From: Thermomicrobiales bacterium
Lineage (GTDB): Bacteria > Chloroflexota > Chloroflexia > Thermomicrobiales > UBA6265
Length of the DNA stretch: 26,963 nt
NCBI GenBank assembly: GCA_035634825.1
Contig: DASQCG010000112.1
Span: 1-26,963, forward strand
Direction: 5' to 3'
Below are positions 25,526-26,963 of the stretch, piece after piece (position 1 is the first letter of the stretch; each line of letters begins with the position of its first letter). Below the pieces are notes generated by a model that did not search any database, was not told the DNA's origin, and was given only the letters and a program-made list of their open reading frames with translations. The position numbers and the translations under genes are program-made.

Positions 25526-26617
25526 TTACGCGCACGCCGACATCACCGGCGCATCCTCCAAATGGCTGACCAACTCCTCCAAGGGCGTCGCATCCGTCCG
25601 GGCTGCTTCACCGCAACCGCACGAGCCGCGCGGACTGAGCGCCGTGCCCAGGTAGACGTGCTCTGTCGGCCCATCCGGGTTCGCGATTCGTTTGAGCAGC
25701 AACTCGACAGCGGTGCGCCCGAGATTGGGAATCGACTGCTGGAGCGTCGACAAACCTGGATAGTTGCGGGTGTGGACGGAGAGTCCGTCAAATCCCATCA
25801 CGGCGACATCGTCGGGGACCGAGAGCCCGGCTTCGGCGATCGCCCGGGTTGCGCCGACGGCCATCGTGTCGCTGCCGCCGAAGACAGCATCGGGTCGGCC
25901 TTCGGGACGCTCGAGCAGGTGACGCATGGCCAGGTATCCGCTCAACTCGGTGAAGTCGCCCGGCTCGACCAGGGACGAATCGACGGGGATGCCGGCCTCG
26001 CTCAACGCCGCCTCGTAGCCTGCCTTGCGTTCGTTGGCGGCGGCGATGGTGCATGGTCCGGGGATGTGGGCGATCTGGCGGTAGCCATGGTCGATCAGGT
26101 GGGCGACGGCCTGCCTGGCCGCGTCCGCGTTGTCGATGTCGACGGTCGGGAGTGTCGGATGGCGGCCGATCATGACGGCAGGCATGCCATCGGCGGCGAC
26201 TCGGCCGGCAAATGGATCGCCGATGACGCTGGTCGAGAGGATCACGCCGTCGATGTGGCGGCCGCGGATGACCCGCTGGTAGATGCGCTCGGCCGAGATC
26301 GGGTCGTTTTCCGGCTCCATCATCAGCATCAGCCCGTAGTCGGCCTCATTGCAGGCATCGACGACGCCCTGGACCATCTCCGGGAAATAGGGGTCGCTGA
26401 AAATGAAGCTGACTTCGCCGGGAATGCGCAGGCCGAGCATGCGGGTACGGCGAGAGGCGAGGGAGCGGGCGGCGGCGTGCGGCTGGTAGCCGTACTCCGT
26501 GATGATCTCGTTGACGCGTGCCCGGGCGTCGTCGCTCACCCGCTTGTCGCCGTTGACGACACGGGAGACGGTAGACCGGGACACCCCGGCGATTCGGGCA
26601 ATCTCTTCGAGATTCAC
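25526..26617 (-). CDS. LacI-family transcriptional regulator
   Basis: HTH LEEIARIAGVSRSTVSRVVN, hinge YQPHAAARSL, periplasmic-binding-protein fold with VDIDN, VFGGSD..A.G, VPDDVAVMGFD, LSTLQQ. Confidence 0.96.
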   Translation of the reverse strand: MNLEEIARIAGVSRSTVSRVVNGDKRVSDDARARVNEIITEYGYQPHAAARSLASRRTRMLGLRIPGEVSFIFSDPYFPEMVQGVVDACNEADYGLMLMMEPENDPISAERIYQRVIRGRHIDGVILSTSVIGDPFAGRVAADGMPAVMIGRHPTLPTVDIDNADAARQAVAHLIDHGYRQIAHIPGPCTIAAANERKAGYEAALSEAGIPVDSSLVEPGDFTELSGYLAMRHLLERPEGRPDAVFGGSDTMAVGATRAIAEAGLSVPDDVAVMGFDGLSVHTRNYPGLSTLQQSIPNLGRTAVELLLKRIANPDGPTEHVYLGTALSPRGSCGCGEAARTDATPLEELVSHLEDAPVMSACA

Positions 26618-26636
26618 GTATTTGGCGTCCCCTGTA

Positions 26637-26650
26637 TGAGAGCGCTCCCA
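26637..26650. promoter_or_regulatory. LacI operator of CelR/CebR type (TGAGAGCGCTCCCA)
   Basis: Matches the palindrome TGGGAGCGCTCCCA at 13 of 14 positions; lies between the promoter and the lacI start. Confidence 0.8.
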
Positions 26651-26665
26651 CGGCTGATGGGCCAG

Positions 26666-26693
26666 AGTCTAACAGTGATTTGTGCAATGTCAA
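26666..26693 (-). promoter_or_regulatory. Sigma70-type promoter for the lacI-ABC operon
   Basis: Minus strand TTGACA (26693-26688), 16-nt spacer ending in TGT (extended -10), TAGACT (26671-26666). Confidence 0.8.
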
Positions 26694-26717
26694 GGAGACA
26701 GTCGGGGAGCCTGCGGG

Positions 26718-26963
26718 TCAGCCCAGGCCGGCTTCGCGGGCGCGAATGACGGCCTCCACCCGATCGGCGACCTGCAGCTTGCCGAAGATGTTGCTGACGT
26801 GGTTGGCAACGGTTTTCGGGCTCAGGCTCAGCTCCCGCGCGATCTCGGGGTTCGAACGGCCCCGGGCGACGAGGTGAAGGATCTCCCGCTCGCGTTCGGT
26901 CAACGACGGGAAGACGACTGCTGGCGGAGCGGAGCGGTCGTGCGCGAAGTAGGCGAGGACCCG
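26718..26963 (-). CDS. NarL/LuxR-family response regulator, C-terminal HTH part (5' end outside the window)
   Basis: Open frame to the window edge: RVLAYF...FPSLTEREREILHLVARGRSNPEIARELSLSPKTVANHVSNIFGKLQVADR. Confidence 0.92.
   Translation of the reverse strand, partial: RVLAYFAHDRSAPPAVVFPSLTEREREILHLVARGRSNPEIARELSLSPKTVANHVSNIFGKLQVADRVEAVIRAREAGLG

Noticed and set aside
1-26963. CRISPR arrays, tRNA/rRNA, IS elements, prophage or defence genes
   Set aside because: No regularly spaced repeat-spacer units, cloverleaf-like segments, transposase/integrase motifs or phage hallmarks were seen.

Overview
GC-rich bacterial chromosomal window with about 25 genes. I found no rRNA, tRNA, CRISPR array or mobile element. 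The style of the secreted proteins (Ala-Thr-Pro/Thr-Pro linkers, a long-leader twin-arginine family-5 binding protein without a lipobox, a tandem PknH-like exported protein) suggests Chloroflexota, probably Thermomicrobiales; this is inference. Modules from left to right: (1) an exported hypothetical protein, divergent from a UPF0104 flippase-like gene and an MFS gene; (2) an MhqO/MhqE-like ring-cleaving dioxygenase plus MhqD-like hydrolase; (3) a minus-strand copper locus with a sigma70 promoter carrying two CsoR-type operators, then a CopB-type P1B-3 ATPase, a small exported His/Cys-rich ORF, and a DUF305(CopM-like)-cupredoxin fusion; (4) SRPBCC, YihY and a DUF47-PiT phosphate pair; (5) a split PEP-synthase/rifampin-phosphotransferase-like dikinase (ATP-grasp gene plus substrate/His-swivel gene) translationally coupled to a DHA2-type exporter; (6) a LacI-controlled Opp-family sugar ABC operon ending in a Gfo/Idh/MocA dehydrogenase and a TIM-barrel enzyme, with a CelR/CebR-type operator; (7) the 3' end of a NarL/LuxR regulator. 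The best candidates for undescribed biology are the small ORF at 6915-7364, whose last codons can pair with the downstream Shine-Dalgarno (a candidate copper-sensing leader/arrest peptide with a non-RAPP C-terminus), and the split small-molecule dikinase plus exporter operon.
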